Both the position numbers and the translations under genes were made by a program. The notes under the pieces are model-generated. The model worked only from the letters and a program-made list of their open reading frames with translations, made no database searches and was not told where the DNA came from. A DNA stretch of 59,519 nucleotides from Polyangia bacterium (lineage in GTDB: Bacteria > Myxococcota_A > Polyangia > JAAYKL01): the NCBI GenBank assembly GCA_050287845.1, contig JBNKCR010000016.1, positions 1 through 59,519 on the forward strand, given 5' to 3'. Each line of letters begins with the position of its first letter. Within the stretch, counting starts at the first letter, position 1. Of the stretch, positions 30,579-41,000 are shown in pieces.

Positions 30579-31088
30579 ATGGTCAGTCAATTCAATGTCG
30601 AAGAAGTTCTGGAAATCGCATGTCAGATTGAACGCAACGGCGCCACATTTTATCGTACCGCCGCCGACCTCGTGACCATGGCGGAAAGTCGGGAGTTGCT
30701 CATGAAGTTGGCGGAAATGGAAACGGGCCACGAAGATTTGTTTGCGGACATGAAATCCAGAACCGAGGAATTTAACAATTTCTTCAGCGATCCCGACGGA
30801 ACGGCGGTGATGTATCTGCAGGCCATCGCCAACAACCATGTGTTTGTATCGGATCAGAAACCCGAAGACATTTTTCCTGCCGATGCCACTGCACTGGAAG
30901 TACTCCGCACCGCACTGAACGCGGAATTTGCGTCCATCGCATTTTTTCAGGGCATTCTGGAACACATGCCGGAGGGGTTTGGCCGCGACAAGCTCAGGAA
31001 CGTAATTATGGAAGAACAGGAGCACGTGGTCATCATCAATAAGAAGGTCATCGCGCTTGCTGGCGACAAAGAAAGGATACCGTTATGA
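30579..31088 (+). CDS. Ferritin/rubrerythrin-like diiron protein
   Basis: [28 protein letters not shown] ExxH motifs. Confidence 0.9.
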   Translation: MVSQFNVEEVLEIACQIERNGATFYRTAADLVTMAESRELLMKLAEMETGHEDLFADMKSRTEEFNNFFSDPDGTAVMYLQAIANNHVFVSDQKPEDIFPADATALEVLRTALNAEFASIAFFQGILEHMPEGFGRDKLRNVIMEEQEHVVIINKKVIALAGDKERIPL

Positions 31089-31249
31089 AATCCTATAAAT
31101 GCAAACTCTGCTCGTATGTCTACGACCCCAAAAAGGGGCAGCCTGCCACTGGCGTTAAAAGCAATACCCCCTGGGAAGATGTCCCCGAAGATTGGCGCTG
31201 TCCCATCTGCGGCGCCGGCAAAAAACACTTTGAAGAAATGGCCGGATAG
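31085..31249 (+). CDS. Rubredoxin (54 aa)
   Basis: Manual translation [49 protein letters not shown] overlap; below ORF-track cutoff. Confidence 0.95.
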   Translation: MKSYKCKLCSYVYDPKKGQPATGVKSNTPWEDVPEDWRCPICGAGKKHFEEMAG

Positions 31250-31355
31250 CTTCCCCGGCAGGCTCCCCCGCGCGGCTCATTCCCGTTTTAGGCCTATGCA
31301 TACCGCTACTGCATCAGTGAGATTTCAGCCGGGTCAACCGGATCAACAGCAGCAG

Positions 31356-32258
31356 TCAGGAACGAAGAAGGGATTTCGCCACATACATGCCGCAATTGGA
31401 TCCGATTTGGTTCTCCCGCATTTCGCCAATGCTGACGATGACATCAAACCCGTGCTTCTGAATCGCGTCGCAAAGAGGCGCCGCGGTTTGGGGGTCTTCA
31501 GTAATCACCCCTTCAAGACCGGCGGCCTGACTGACGAACGTGGGGTTCACCGGTGTCAGCTTGATAATAAAAATATCGGGACTGAAGAGGCTGGCAATCA
31601 CATCAGCGTCAATCTCAAATCCCTGAACCGCAGCAAAATTCAGGGTGATTTTACGATCGCCCCTTTCAAAAAACCGATCTCCCATTCTGCGGATTTCCGC
31701 CAGGGGCAATGTGGCAGCCGGAATCAGAATCCTTCGCCGGGCATCGTCCGTTGTGTGAATGGAAAATTGCATCTGGAACATGCCATCGCCGTACAGTTCA
31801 TCTTTGACCTGCTTGAGTGAATCAATGAAAGTGGTGCAGTTTTTCGGCGCTACCGTGGAAATCGACGGCATTATCCGGCTGGGATATATGCGGGGAATAT
31901 CCCGCAGCACTTCCATCACCGCCGGATTGAACGCCGGGTCTCCCATGCGGGCGAACTGAATTTTGGTGATTTCTGAAGCAATGCGTCCGTCCGGAAACCG
32001 CCGGGTCACCAGGTGCTCAATCTGGGACAGCATTTCGTCCCGGGACAATCGGCCACTATATTTGCCACCGGCATCGCAAATGGGGCACTGAACCGGACAT
32101 CCCTTGAGTGTGGAGACAATCAGCACCCACTTTTTTTCTCTGGGTACCGGCGGCTGAACCGATTCCACGAACTCAATCCGCGAACCGTCGCCGGTCTCCG
32201 CCACAAACACCCGCGCCAGTTCATCATCTCCGAAACTGTGTAAAACAGTAATTGTCAA
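31356..32258 (-). CDS. RlmN/Cfr-like radical SAM protein
   Basis: CPVQCPIC (CxxxCxxC), ARMGDP, SIH, C-terminal GSNCG; TTG 32258 overlaps upstream TGA. Confidence 0.85.
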   Translation of the reverse strand: MTITVLHSFGDDELARVFVAETGDGSRIEFVESVQPPVPREKKWVLIVSTLKGCPVQCPICDAGGKYSGRLSRDEMLSQIEHLVTRRFPDGRIASEITKIQFARMGDPAFNPAVMEVLRDIPRIYPSRIMPSISTVAPKNCTTFIDSLKQVKDELYGDGMFQMQFSIHTTDDARRRILIPAATLPLAEIRRMGDRFFERGDRKITLNFAAVQGFEIDADVIASLFSPDIFIIKLTPVNPTFVSQAAGLEGVITEDPQTAAPLCDAIQKHGFDVIVSIGEMRENQIGSNCGMYVAKSLLRS

Positions 32259-33985
32259 CCCGCTGTTCTCCCGATAAGTTGCACTATCTGTTGTGCCGCA
32301 AAAAGGCCATCGCCAGTGGCAATTCCCGCCTGACCCAGCGAACCGAGCCGGGCATCGCCGCAAATAAACAAACCGGGCGCGGGTGTCAAGTTGTCTCCCC
32401 GTAAAAGCGCATCCGGCAGCACCGAAGGCAAACGGGATTGGCGTCCGATGGCCACCAGCATGGCGTCAAACCGATGTACCGCCAACCCCACGCAGCACCC
32501 GGAATCGCCGATATGCTGACCGATTTCCCCTTTGAACCCGTCTCCGTCCGATTGCACGCGAATCAGCTCGCTCGAAGTGAAGAGGCGAATTCGAGGTTCG
32601 CGTTTCACCAGTTCCGCCAGTCGCCCCCGCACCCGTGGAATCGAATTGCGACACAGAATGGTTGCCGTGCCGTTCGACCGGGCGATCGAAAGGGAATAGT
32701 CAAACGATGCTTCGCCACCACCAACAATCAGGATTCGTCCGCCCTTCCATTTTTGAAGTAGCGGCGCGACTTCGTAGAAAAGACATTCCGCCAGCTCCAC
32801 CGTTTCGCGTCCGATAAACGACAGGGTGCGGGGTGTCGTACCACAGGCCACCACCACACACCGCGCCTCGAGAACACCGGAACCGGTGATAACCCGCCAT
32901 GAAGAATCCGCGCCGGGAGGCACAGATCCGGTCCGGGAATCATAGACGTCCGGACGGATTTGCTGTACCGTGTCACGATGCACACCCACCTTAAAACGCG
33001 TGAGTTGCCGGGCGAGGCGGGTCGCAAAATCCGGACCGGTAACCGAATGCGCCAACCCGGGATAATTCTCGATTTCAAACGCGTTCACCGTCAGTCCCCC
33101 CGGCTTACCGGTGCGGTCCATCAGCATCACATCGAGACCCAGCCTTCTGCACTGCACCGCTGCAGCCACCCCGGCCGGACCGGCGCCGATAATGACCACA
33201 TCCTGAACGGGTCCTTTTTTCACCGCTGAACCTGCTGCAACCGTTGAATCTGGAGACTGCTGCCGGATTGCTGTCTGAGAGTGTTCCCCGGCTGTTTCCT
33301 CAGAACGTTCCCGGGGTACGCGCTCAACCGGCAGCATCTCCAGAAACCCGTCCACCGTATTGAGCACCGCAGTGGTCCGGGCCATGATGCCCAGGGAACT
33401 CAGGTGATTCTCTTCAGTATCCGCTGCGGTGCCATCCACCGGCACAAATACTTCCAATCCCCGGCAAAAAGCCGATCGCACGGTGGATTCCACACACATG
33501 TGGGTGAGGACACCGGATACCATCACCTGGGAAATTCCGGTCGATTGAAGTTCGGTGAGCAACGGGGTTTCAAAGAACGCATCATATGTGCGTTTATCCA
33601 CCACCCGCTCCTGTGATTGGACACACAAATCGTCAATCAATTGGGCATCCCTGGACCCTGCCTGAATATATCCGCTGAAAAATTTTCCGAACATGCCCAA
33701 ATCGTCCGGTCCTCGATGGCCGTGTCTGGCAAACACCACCATCCCTTCCCGGGCGCGCCAGGCATTCAACAGTCGCACCAGACCGGGAACCATCGCTTCA
33801 GTGGCCGGTAGATAGCATTCGCCATCGGGGTGCGTAAAATACCGGTTCATGTCCACCACCACCAGCGCACAGCGCTTCAACTCAAACTGAATCTGCGACC
33901 GGGGCCGCACGCCGTCGGTGGCCAGGCGAAGCCATTCGGCCGCCTGCCCGGGAAAATCAGATTGAATGTAGTTCTGCCGTTTCAT
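32255..33985 (-). CDS. Isochorismatase-family cysteine hydrolase fused to TrxR-like NAD(P)/FAD oxidoreductase
   Basis: N-half VVVDM, DKRTYDAF, GVLTHMCV (D/K/C triad); C-half GAGPAG, IENYPG, IVGGGEA, GLFICGD. Confidence 0.88.
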   Translation of the reverse strand: MKRQNYIQSDFPGQAAEWLRLATDGVRPRSQIQFELKRCALVVVDMNRYFTHPDGECYLPATEAMVPGLVRLLNAWRAREGMVVFARHGHRGPDDLGMFGKFFSGYIQAGSRDAQLIDDLCVQSQERVVDKRTYDAFFETPLLTELQSTGISQVMVSGVLTHMCVESTVRSAFCRGLEVFVPVDGTAADTEENHLSSLGIMARTTAVLNTVDGFLEMLPVERVPRERSEETAGEHSQTAIRQQSPDSTVAAGSAVKKGPVQDVVIIGAGPAGVAAAVQCRRLGLDVMLMDRTGKPGGLTVNAFEIENYPGLAHSVTGPDFATRLARQLTRFKVGVHRDTVQQIRPDVYDSRTGSVPPGADSSWRVITGSGVLEARCVVVACGTTPRTLSFIGRETVELAECLFYEVAPLLQKWKGGRILIVGGGEASFDYSLSIARSNGTATILCRNSIPRVRGRLAELVKREPRIRLFTSSELIRVQSDGDGFKGEIGQHIGDSGCCVGLAVHRFDAMLVAIGRQSRLPSVLPDALLRGDNLTPAPGLFICGDARLGSLGQAGIATGDGLFAAQQIVQLIGRTAG

Positions 33986-34098
33986 AACATTGTCGCCCCG
34001 GGCATCCTACCCGCATTCGGGATGCGTACCAAGCGATTCGAGGCCACCTGGAAAAATTGATGTCCTATCTCCGATAGTCGCCAATCATTCGAAAATCA

Positions 34099-34127
34099 GT
34101 GACGAATCGGTCTTTGGGATGTATACT
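34099..34127 (+). promoter_or_regulatory. Sigma70-type promoter of rnpB
   Basis: GTGACG-17 bp-TATACT immediately before the RNase P RNA. Confidence 0.6.
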
Positions 34128-34134
34128 GCGCCGC

Positions 34135-34521
34135 TGTTGTGGCGGCACAGATGATCGCGTGCGTTTTTCGTACGAGGAAAGTCCGAACTCCGCAGGGCAG
34201 GATGCCGGGTAACGCCCGGTGGGGGGTCACTCCCCTAAGGAAAGTGCCACAGAAAATATACCGCCGGCTTGCCGGTAAGGGTGAAAAGGTGCGGTAAGAG
34301 CGCACCGGGGCGCTGGTAACAGGGCTCGCATGGTAAACCCCATCCGGAGCAAGGCCAAACAGGAAGTTTTCAGTCTTCGGGCTGATAAGGGTTGCCCGCT
34401 CTCGTCTTCCGGGTAGGCCGCTCGAGGTGATTGGCAACGATCACTCTAGATGAATGATCATCACCTCTGGGATGGTGACATCGCAGATGGAACAGAATTC
34501 GGCTTATGGGTCGCCGCGACA
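34135..34521 (+). ncRNA. rnpB: RNase P RNA (bacterial type A)
   Basis: GAGGAAAGTCC, AGTGCCACAGAAA, GGTAAGAGCGCAC, GGTAAACCCC..GGAGCAAG, ACAGAATTCGGCTTA; P1 TGTTGTGGCGGC/GTCGCCGCGACA. Confidence 0.97.
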
Positions 34522-34554
34522 GGCGTCTTCTCTCGGGAGGGCGCCTTTTTTTTT
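34521..34554 (+). terminator. Intrinsic terminator of rnpB
   Basis: AGGCGTCTTCTC-TCG-GGAGGGCGCCT followed by T-run. Confidence 0.85.
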
Positions 34555-34775
34555 GCCTGCGATTCCCACCGCACCGATTGCCGGCACCATCCATCGCGAC
34601 TTATCCCGATTATCTCTTCATTCCTTCTCCGCATTGTCGTTAATACATGAATGATGCCGAATCGGCCCATTGTTTCGCCAGAATATTGCATCTCCCATGG
34701 CAGGCAGTCCGTTGTTGGCCATTTGCCAAATACCGGATTACCAATTATACCGGATCACACAATGACAGGTGAATC

Positions 34776-36680
34776 ATGACACCGGAAGAAGTTTTAAAAG
34801 AAAATGAGGAGGAATCTTTTCGGCTGCACGTTTTAAAAGACGTGATCATTGCCTGCGAAGGACCGCTGCCCGTTGCGTTGCAAATGGACCGGACGGACTT
34901 CAACAATTTGCCGCTTTCGCAATTGATTGTGGGCTTTTCCGAAAAACCAATGGACCCGGGGAAAAGCATCATCCGGCAACTGACACCGGGAGAGCTGGAA
35001 ATTGCGTTTTTGAAGGGAAAACCCGAAATACTGCTGGTTGCGGAAATTATTCTGATGTTTGCCGACAGTGCAACCCATGCACACGACAAACTGGCAATTA
35101 TCCCTCACACGGCAGAAATGTTGCGGCGTTTTCGAACCGAACGGCGTCGGCTCCAGGTGGGCATCAACGTGTGGGACATCGGCCTGTTCGAACACGATCA
35201 TCTCAGCCAGAACCTTTTTTCCTCCAGACGAATGCGAGAAATCTTCGGGGCACCCATGGATGAAGATATGGACATCGTTGGCTTCGGGTCTGCCGTTCAC
35301 CCGGATGACCGCAATATGGAAGCCATCGCACAATCGCATGATCCCGATGGGGATGGTCGATTCGAGCAGGAGTATCGCGTTATCCGACCTGACGGTGAGG
35401 AAAGGTGGATTCACTCCCGGGCACAGACGGTTTTCGGTGTTACAGAAGGCCAGCGTCGCGCGCTGCGCACCACCGGCACTATCATGGATATTACCGAGCA
35501 GCATCGCCTGAAGGCTGCTCTCGAAGCAAATCAGCAAAAACTCGCCGACATCCTCGACTCGTTGCCTTCGATTGTTTTCGTTGTCGATAAGGAAATGCGA
35601 ATCACTCAGTGGAATCATGCAGCGCGCACCTACATCCGTCTTCCCGACGCCGACGCCCTGAATCAGAAGATGGATTCGCTGTTTCCCATGCTGACCAACC
35701 AGGTCGCCTTTATCCGGAAAGCTCAGAAGGAACAGACTGCCTTCAGCCAGTCCCGGATTCCATGGACGGATTCCGGAACCACGATGTTTTACAACATCAG
35801 CATCACCCCCCTCTGCAATTTCACTAATTCCGATGTGGTCATTCGGATGGACGATGTCACCGAGCAAATCCGTCTGGAAGAAATGCTGGTGCACTCGGAG
35901 AAACTGCTGTCGGTTGGCAGCCTTGCTGCTGGAATGGCCCATGAAATCAACAACCCGCTGTCCGGCGTGCTGCAGAACATGCAGGTGGTCATCAACCGGT
36001 TGAATCCGGACTTTCCACTGAATCAGCAGGTGGCCGAAAAATGTAACATTTCGCTACCCCGGATGCGTGCCTATATGGAGGAAAGAAATATTCTCCACTC
36101 CATGGAGGCTGTATCCGACGCCGGCATACGGGCCGCCACCATCGTGCGGGACATGCTGGGATTTGTTCGCATCAGCCACGATGCCCATGCGCAATGCGAC
36201 TTACGGGACCTGGTCGACAAATCCCTGGGACTTGCGCGTCACGACTACGATTTGACCAGACAGACCGATTTTCGGAAGATCAACATCGAACGCAGGTATG
36301 GCACCGATATTCGCACAGTGTCCTGCGATCCGGGTAAAATCCAGCAGGTCCTGCTCAATCTGATCAAGAATGCGGGACAGGCCATGTTCGATGCGAAAGT
36401 CGCTTTCCCCCGTATCGTTGTCCGGATTCAGATGCGGAACGAAATGGTCCGTATAGAGTTTGAAGACAATGGTCCAGGGCTCAAAGATGATGTGGCCCGA
36501 CGCGTGTTTGAGCCGTTCTTTTCCACTAAAAAAATCGGCCAGGGCACAGGGCTCGGTCTTTCCATCTCCTACTTCATTATCACCAAAGAACACCGGGGAG
36601 CGATGCGGGTGGAAAATGTCCCGGGGGGAGGTGCCCGCTTTATCGTTGAATTGCCGTGGGCGGTAAAACCGGAGGAATAG
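34776..36680 (+). CDS. Cytoplasmic PAS-PAS histidine kinase
   Basis: VHPDD/EYRVIRPDGEERW PAS-PAC, AHEINNPL H-box, QQVLLNLIKNA, DNGPG, FEPFFSTK, GTGLGLS. Confidence 0.95.
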   Translation: MTPEEVLKENEEESFRLHVLKDVIIACEGPLPVALQMDRTDFNNLPLSQLIVGFSEKPMDPGKSIIRQLTPGELEIAFLKGKPEILLVAEIILMFADSATHAHDKLAIIPHTAEMLRRFRTERRRLQVGINVWDIGLFEHDHLSQNLFSSRRMREIFGAPMDEDMDIVGFGSAVHPDDRNMEAIAQSHDPDGDGRFEQEYRVIRPDGEERWIHSRAQTVFGVTEGQRRALRTTGTIMDITEQHRLKAALEANQQKLADILDSLPSIVFVVDKEMRITQWNHAARTYIRLPDADALNQKMDSLFPMLTNQVAFIRKAQKEQTAFSQSRIPWTDSGTTMFYNISITPLCNFTNSDVVIRMDDVTEQIRLEEMLVHSEKLLSVGSLAAGMAHEINNPLSGVLQNMQVVINRLNPDFPLNQQVAEKCNISLPRMRAYMEERNILHSMEAVSDAGIRAATIVRDMLGFVRISHDAHAQCDLRDLVDKSLGLARHDYDLTRQTDFRKINIERRYGTDIRTVSCDPGKIQQVLLNLIKNAGQAMFDAKVAFPRIVVRIQMRNEMVRIEFEDNGPGLKDDVARRVFEPFFSTKKIGQGTGLGLSISYFIITKEHRGAMRVENVPGGGARFIVELPWAVKPEE

Positions 36681-36706
36681 GTGTCGATAAGTATCGTTAT
36701 TGATAC

Positions 36707-37894
36707 TTACCTGTATTCTTCCTTCAGACGCCGGGGTTCACGCCAGGTGGGGGTGTAGGTGATGTTGAACAGAATACCGACATTGTCCATACCGCCGTTG
36801 GAACTGGCGTAGACCGGTAACCAGGCATGCATGCCGATACCCATTTTTCGCTCCACGATAAAAAAATCGAATCCGGGTTCCAATACAAGGGCAAAGTGGT
36901 GGGACTGTTTATACCGGGTATCGTGTTCCACATCATCGGAGTCATCTTCCCAGTCGTCATCCCAGTCACCGCTGATGTCGTCCCAGCTGGCAGCCCCGTC
37001 GTAGATCCGCCATTTATACCGTGCAAAGCTTGATCCCGCAGCGACATCCAGATAGGCGGTAAACCGTTTGGTCGGATACTGCAGGCGGACAAACGCACCA
37101 ACGTGACCAAACACTTTGTATCCGTCGTACTTGTACCTGGTGTCCTCATCCGTGATGGATATAAAATCCGCCCGATTCGAGGCAAACGTCCCACCCAGGT
37201 TCATATTCATGCCCACCCCAACCCATGGAATGGGCAATACCCCGACTTTAAAGTTGAACATCCCACCGGTATCCGGATCAAAGGGAACCCGATTGCCGTA
37301 TTCGGAGTTCACTCGCACGTCTTTCCAGTTCCAGTTCGGCAGGGCTACCCCGAAACCCGTCTGAAAAAACACCCCCGGCGCCCGCACTGGATTGTACGGA
37401 TACTCATACATTTCTTTTCTACAGTATCGTGTGGACTGGCACTTGGTATCATGGCAGTCCGCCATACCATTGTTATCATTATCGATACCATCCCGGCACA
37501 ACTTTCCCCGCTCGAAAATTTCAATGGTGTCCATACCGGCATCGACGGCCCCTGCGTCTCCCGCCTGTTCCGGTGCATCATTCTCTGACTGCGCGCAGAT
37601 GGCGTAAATACCGCAATCCTGATCTGCGCAATCCACATAGCTGTCCAGGTCGTTGTCCACCGTATCCCGGCAGGCATTCAGTGTATTTTCCGGCGTAGCC
37701 GCAGGGGCTTCCTGTTTGGGGTCATCGACCATGGCCGCTTCGCCAATGCTATCGATTTCAGCCTGCAGTCCCGCGTCGGCTTCGATACCGCCGCTACCGG
37801 AAACCTTTGCTTCGGTTGTCATCTGGGCCCTGGCCGTGGTGGCCATGCCGCAGCACATGGAAATAATGATTATAAACGGTTTTAATTTTTTCAT
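36707..37894 (-). CDS. Exported protein with two C-x-D-x2-DND-x-D/N-x3-DC-x-D Cys/Asp repeats and beta-barrel-like C-terminal half
   Basis: Signal peptide from ATG 37894; CRDTVDNDLDSYVDCADQDC, CRDGIDNDNNGMADCHDTKC; amphipathic strands. Confidence 0.75.
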   Translation of the reverse strand: MKKLKPFIIIISMCCGMATTARAQMTTEAKVSGSGGIEADAGLQAEIDSIGEAAMVDDPKQEAPAATPENTLNACRDTVDNDLDSYVDCADQDCGIYAICAQSENDAPEQAGDAGAVDAGMDTIEIFERGKLCRDGIDNDNNGMADCHDTKCQSTRYCRKEMYEYPYNPVRAPGVFFQTGFGVALPNWNWKDVRVNSEYGNRVPFDPDTGGMFNFKVGVLPIPWVGVGMNMNLGGTFASNRADFISITDEDTRYKYDGYKVFGHVGAFVRLQYPTKRFTAYLDVAAGSSFARYKWRIYDGAASWDDISGDWDDDWEDDSDDVEHDTRYKQSHHFALVLEPGFDFFIVERKMGIGMHAWLPVYASSNGGMDNVGILFNITYTPTWREPRRLKEEYR

Positions 37895-38067
37895 GGTGCC
37901 ATCCTTTTTCCGTTGACTCACATTCACTCGAACACCGGGACCCGGCGATTGTGCTACTCACCCCGCAAAAAAAACGCGGAACTTTTTTCCTGCGGATTAT
38001 CTCCAATTCATGTAAAAGACGGTGTTGCTCCGCTCAGGAAGCGCACAGGCGAACAGGAATTTATATC

Positions 38068-41000
38068 GTGACAGGAATCAGAAAAAGAAAACAATCAGCC
38101 GACACCGAAACACAACCACACTCCCCATCGACCCGGGATACCTACAAAAAAGTCGCATTGCTGTTTGCCATGCTGGCCACATTGCTTTCCGGCGCCGCGG
38201 GACTTGCATACGAAGTGGTGTGGTCCAGGATGCTGGTCATCCCCCTGGGCAACAGCGCCGATGCCACCACTCTTGTTCTCTGCGCGTTCATGCTGGGCAT
38301 GGCGCTGGGATCGAAAATTATCGGTTCACTCTCCGACCGGATGATATCCCCCCTTCGAATTTACGTGACCGTTGAAACGCTGCTGGGCCTCTATGCCATC
38401 GGTATTCCATTCGTGATGCCGGCACTGGAATCCTCCCAGCTGTTTGCAGGCAATTTTGACAGTGCGCCGGTCACGGTGCTGTTCCGCTTCGCCATGGCCA
38501 CAGTGCTGGTGGCGATTCCGGCCATGTTCATGGGAGCAGCCGTACCTGTCCTGCTGCGGGCGCTGTCGGAAAAAAGCGACGAAATCAAAAATCACGTGGG
38601 CCTTCTGTACGGCGCCAACACTCTCGGTGGAGCTCTTGGCGCTGCGTTGTGCGGCTTTCTGGCCATCCCTGCCCTGGGACTTATGAGTACATCGTTTGTT
38701 GCGGCGGGAGTCAGCATTACCGCTGCCCTCGTTGTATGGCTGGTGCATCGTTTCGGCAAAGGACGCAAGATATCTCCTGCACAATCCGCCCGGACCACCT
38801 ATGCCGGACCGAGCGGACGCCGGGTGGCGCTGGTGGCAGCGGGTATCGGGGGTGCCGTCATGCTGGGCGCCGAAGTGATTTATGCCCGGTTTCTCACGTT
38901 TGTGTTTGGTCACGATACCTACGCTTTTACCAGCCTGCTGGTGCTGGTGCTCATTGGTATTGCCATTGGCGCCGGACTGCAGCGTCTTCTGGCCCGAAAG
39001 TCTCAATCACTGCTCACCGGTCTGTCGCTGCTGGCCATGGGGGTGCTGATGCTGGCATCGTTCGGGGTGGCATCGGCCCTGGTCATCTCCCTTGGACGGG
39101 ATCCATTTGCCATTGGCGCCTGGGAGAGTCTGTCCACCTCTTTGTGGACCGAATTCATCCGGGAGCTGGCGTTCACCCCCTTCCTGGTGCTGATTCCGGC
39201 CATTTGCGCCGGTCTCTCTCTTTCCGCTTCGCTGGCCATGTATTCCCGACAGGCTCATCATGCGGGCCGTGACGCCGGGACTGCGCTGCTGACCAATGGC
39301 GTTGCCGCTGCTGCCGGCACCCTGCTCACCGGCGCCGTGCTTATCCCTACCATCGGCATCCAGCGCGCATTCATTCTGCTTTCACTGCTGGCCGGGGCCG
39401 GGGGCACTGTGGTCCTGTTGATCACCGCCGGAAAACAAAGAAAAATCGTGATCACGGCCGGAACCGGAGCCGTTCTCGCCGTGGCCACAGCGGTGGTGCT
39501 TCCCGCCAATCTGCCCAGAGCCATGCTCCAGGAAGCGGTGGGTCGGCGGCATCAGAAAATTGTACATTACGACGAAGGTCGCATTGGCACCATCAGTGTC
39601 ACGGTCAATAAAATCAATCACGAGAAGCAGCTGTTCGTCAACGCGGTCAATGAGGTCACTACCCGTCTGGTCCACGATCAGAGTTTTAAACTGCTCGGCC
39701 ACCTGGGCCCCCTCATTCATCCCAATCCCCACAAGGGTATGATGATATGTTTCGGTGCGGGGGTATCTGCCGGTGCCGCCATCAGTCATCCCCTGGACTC
39801 CCTGGACATCGTGGATTTGAGCGACCGGGTATGGAACGCGGCCGGACACTTTCAGTACTACAACAACAATGTGCTCAAAGACCGCCGGGTGCATCGCCAT
39901 GTAGAGGATGGCAGGCAGTTTCTGCTCCGCAGCAGCGAGAAATACGACGTGATGATGATTGACTCCACCCATCCCAAGGCCGTGGATTCCTGGATTCTGT
40001 ACACCAGCGGGTTCTACCGGCTGGTCCGGGCCCATCTGGCCGAAGACGGTATTGCCGTGCAATGGCTTCCCCTGCACGGTTTGAGTGAAAATGAGTTTAA
40101 AATTATCGTTCGCACCTTCCTCGACGTGTTTCCGGAAATGACCATGTGGGTCAACGTGGGATTTGAAACTTACGGCAAAGCGGCCTACGTGAAACTGGTG
40201 GGCACCCGCCATCCGCTCCGCATCGATTTTCGGGAACTGGGCAGGCGCATCAGGGAACCGCGCATCGCCGGCGACCTGAAAAAATACGGTATGGATTCTC
40301 CCTACGAAATCATTGACAGCTATCTGTGCGACGCGGGTATTGCGCGGCTCTGGGTAAAGGATTTACCCATTCAGACCGACGATCGGCCGTTTGTGCCATA
40401 CATCACTGAATATTCCCGGGGCCGGCGCATGGATGCGGCGTCCCTGATTCCCCTGCAATCCAGCGTGATGCCGCTACTCTATCACATGGGCGATGAAGAG
40501 GAGAATATTCGGCAGTTTGTGAAAACCGCCCAGACTGCCAATGGATTTTTAATGGCCGGCATGCTGCAGCGAGCGCTGGAAACCCGGCCGGACGGGCGAA
40601 AAATTCGCTGGTCCAGCGACCGGTTTTCCCGGGCCGAAGACTATTACCGGAAGCTCGCCGCCCTGTACGGCGACGATGCGGACCGCCTGTTTGAGGCGGC
40701 AAACTATCTGGGAAATCTGGGATTCAGTAAAACCGCTGTTCCCCTGTACAAACAGGCCATTGCCATGGTTTCCACTGCAGATAAAAAAATCAACCTCGCT
40801 CTGGCGCTGATGGACACGGGTGAGATGGAAGAAGCCCACAACGAGATGGTCGATGCGCTCAGGGAATCACCGGACAGCGCCCTGGCCAATTACAACTATG
40901 GTGTGCTGCAGCTGCAGATGAAAAACGCGGGGGAAGCCGTGATGTACCTCGAAAAGGCCATCTCAATTGACGATTCGCTGATTGGGGCGCGTCTTTCCCT

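Noticed and set aside
31116..31820. 234-aa plus-strand ORF
   Set aside because: Off-frame over rubredoxin and antisense to the radical SAM gene.
31356..32258. Assigning gene symbol rlmN or cfr
   Set aside because: Lacks the resolving Cys and N-terminal domain; orthology unsupported.
34096..34691. Short ORFs across rnpB
   Set aside because: Region is RNase P RNA and its terminator.
34833..35942. 369-aa minus-strand ORF
   Set aside because: Antisense to the histidine kinase, no recognisable domain.
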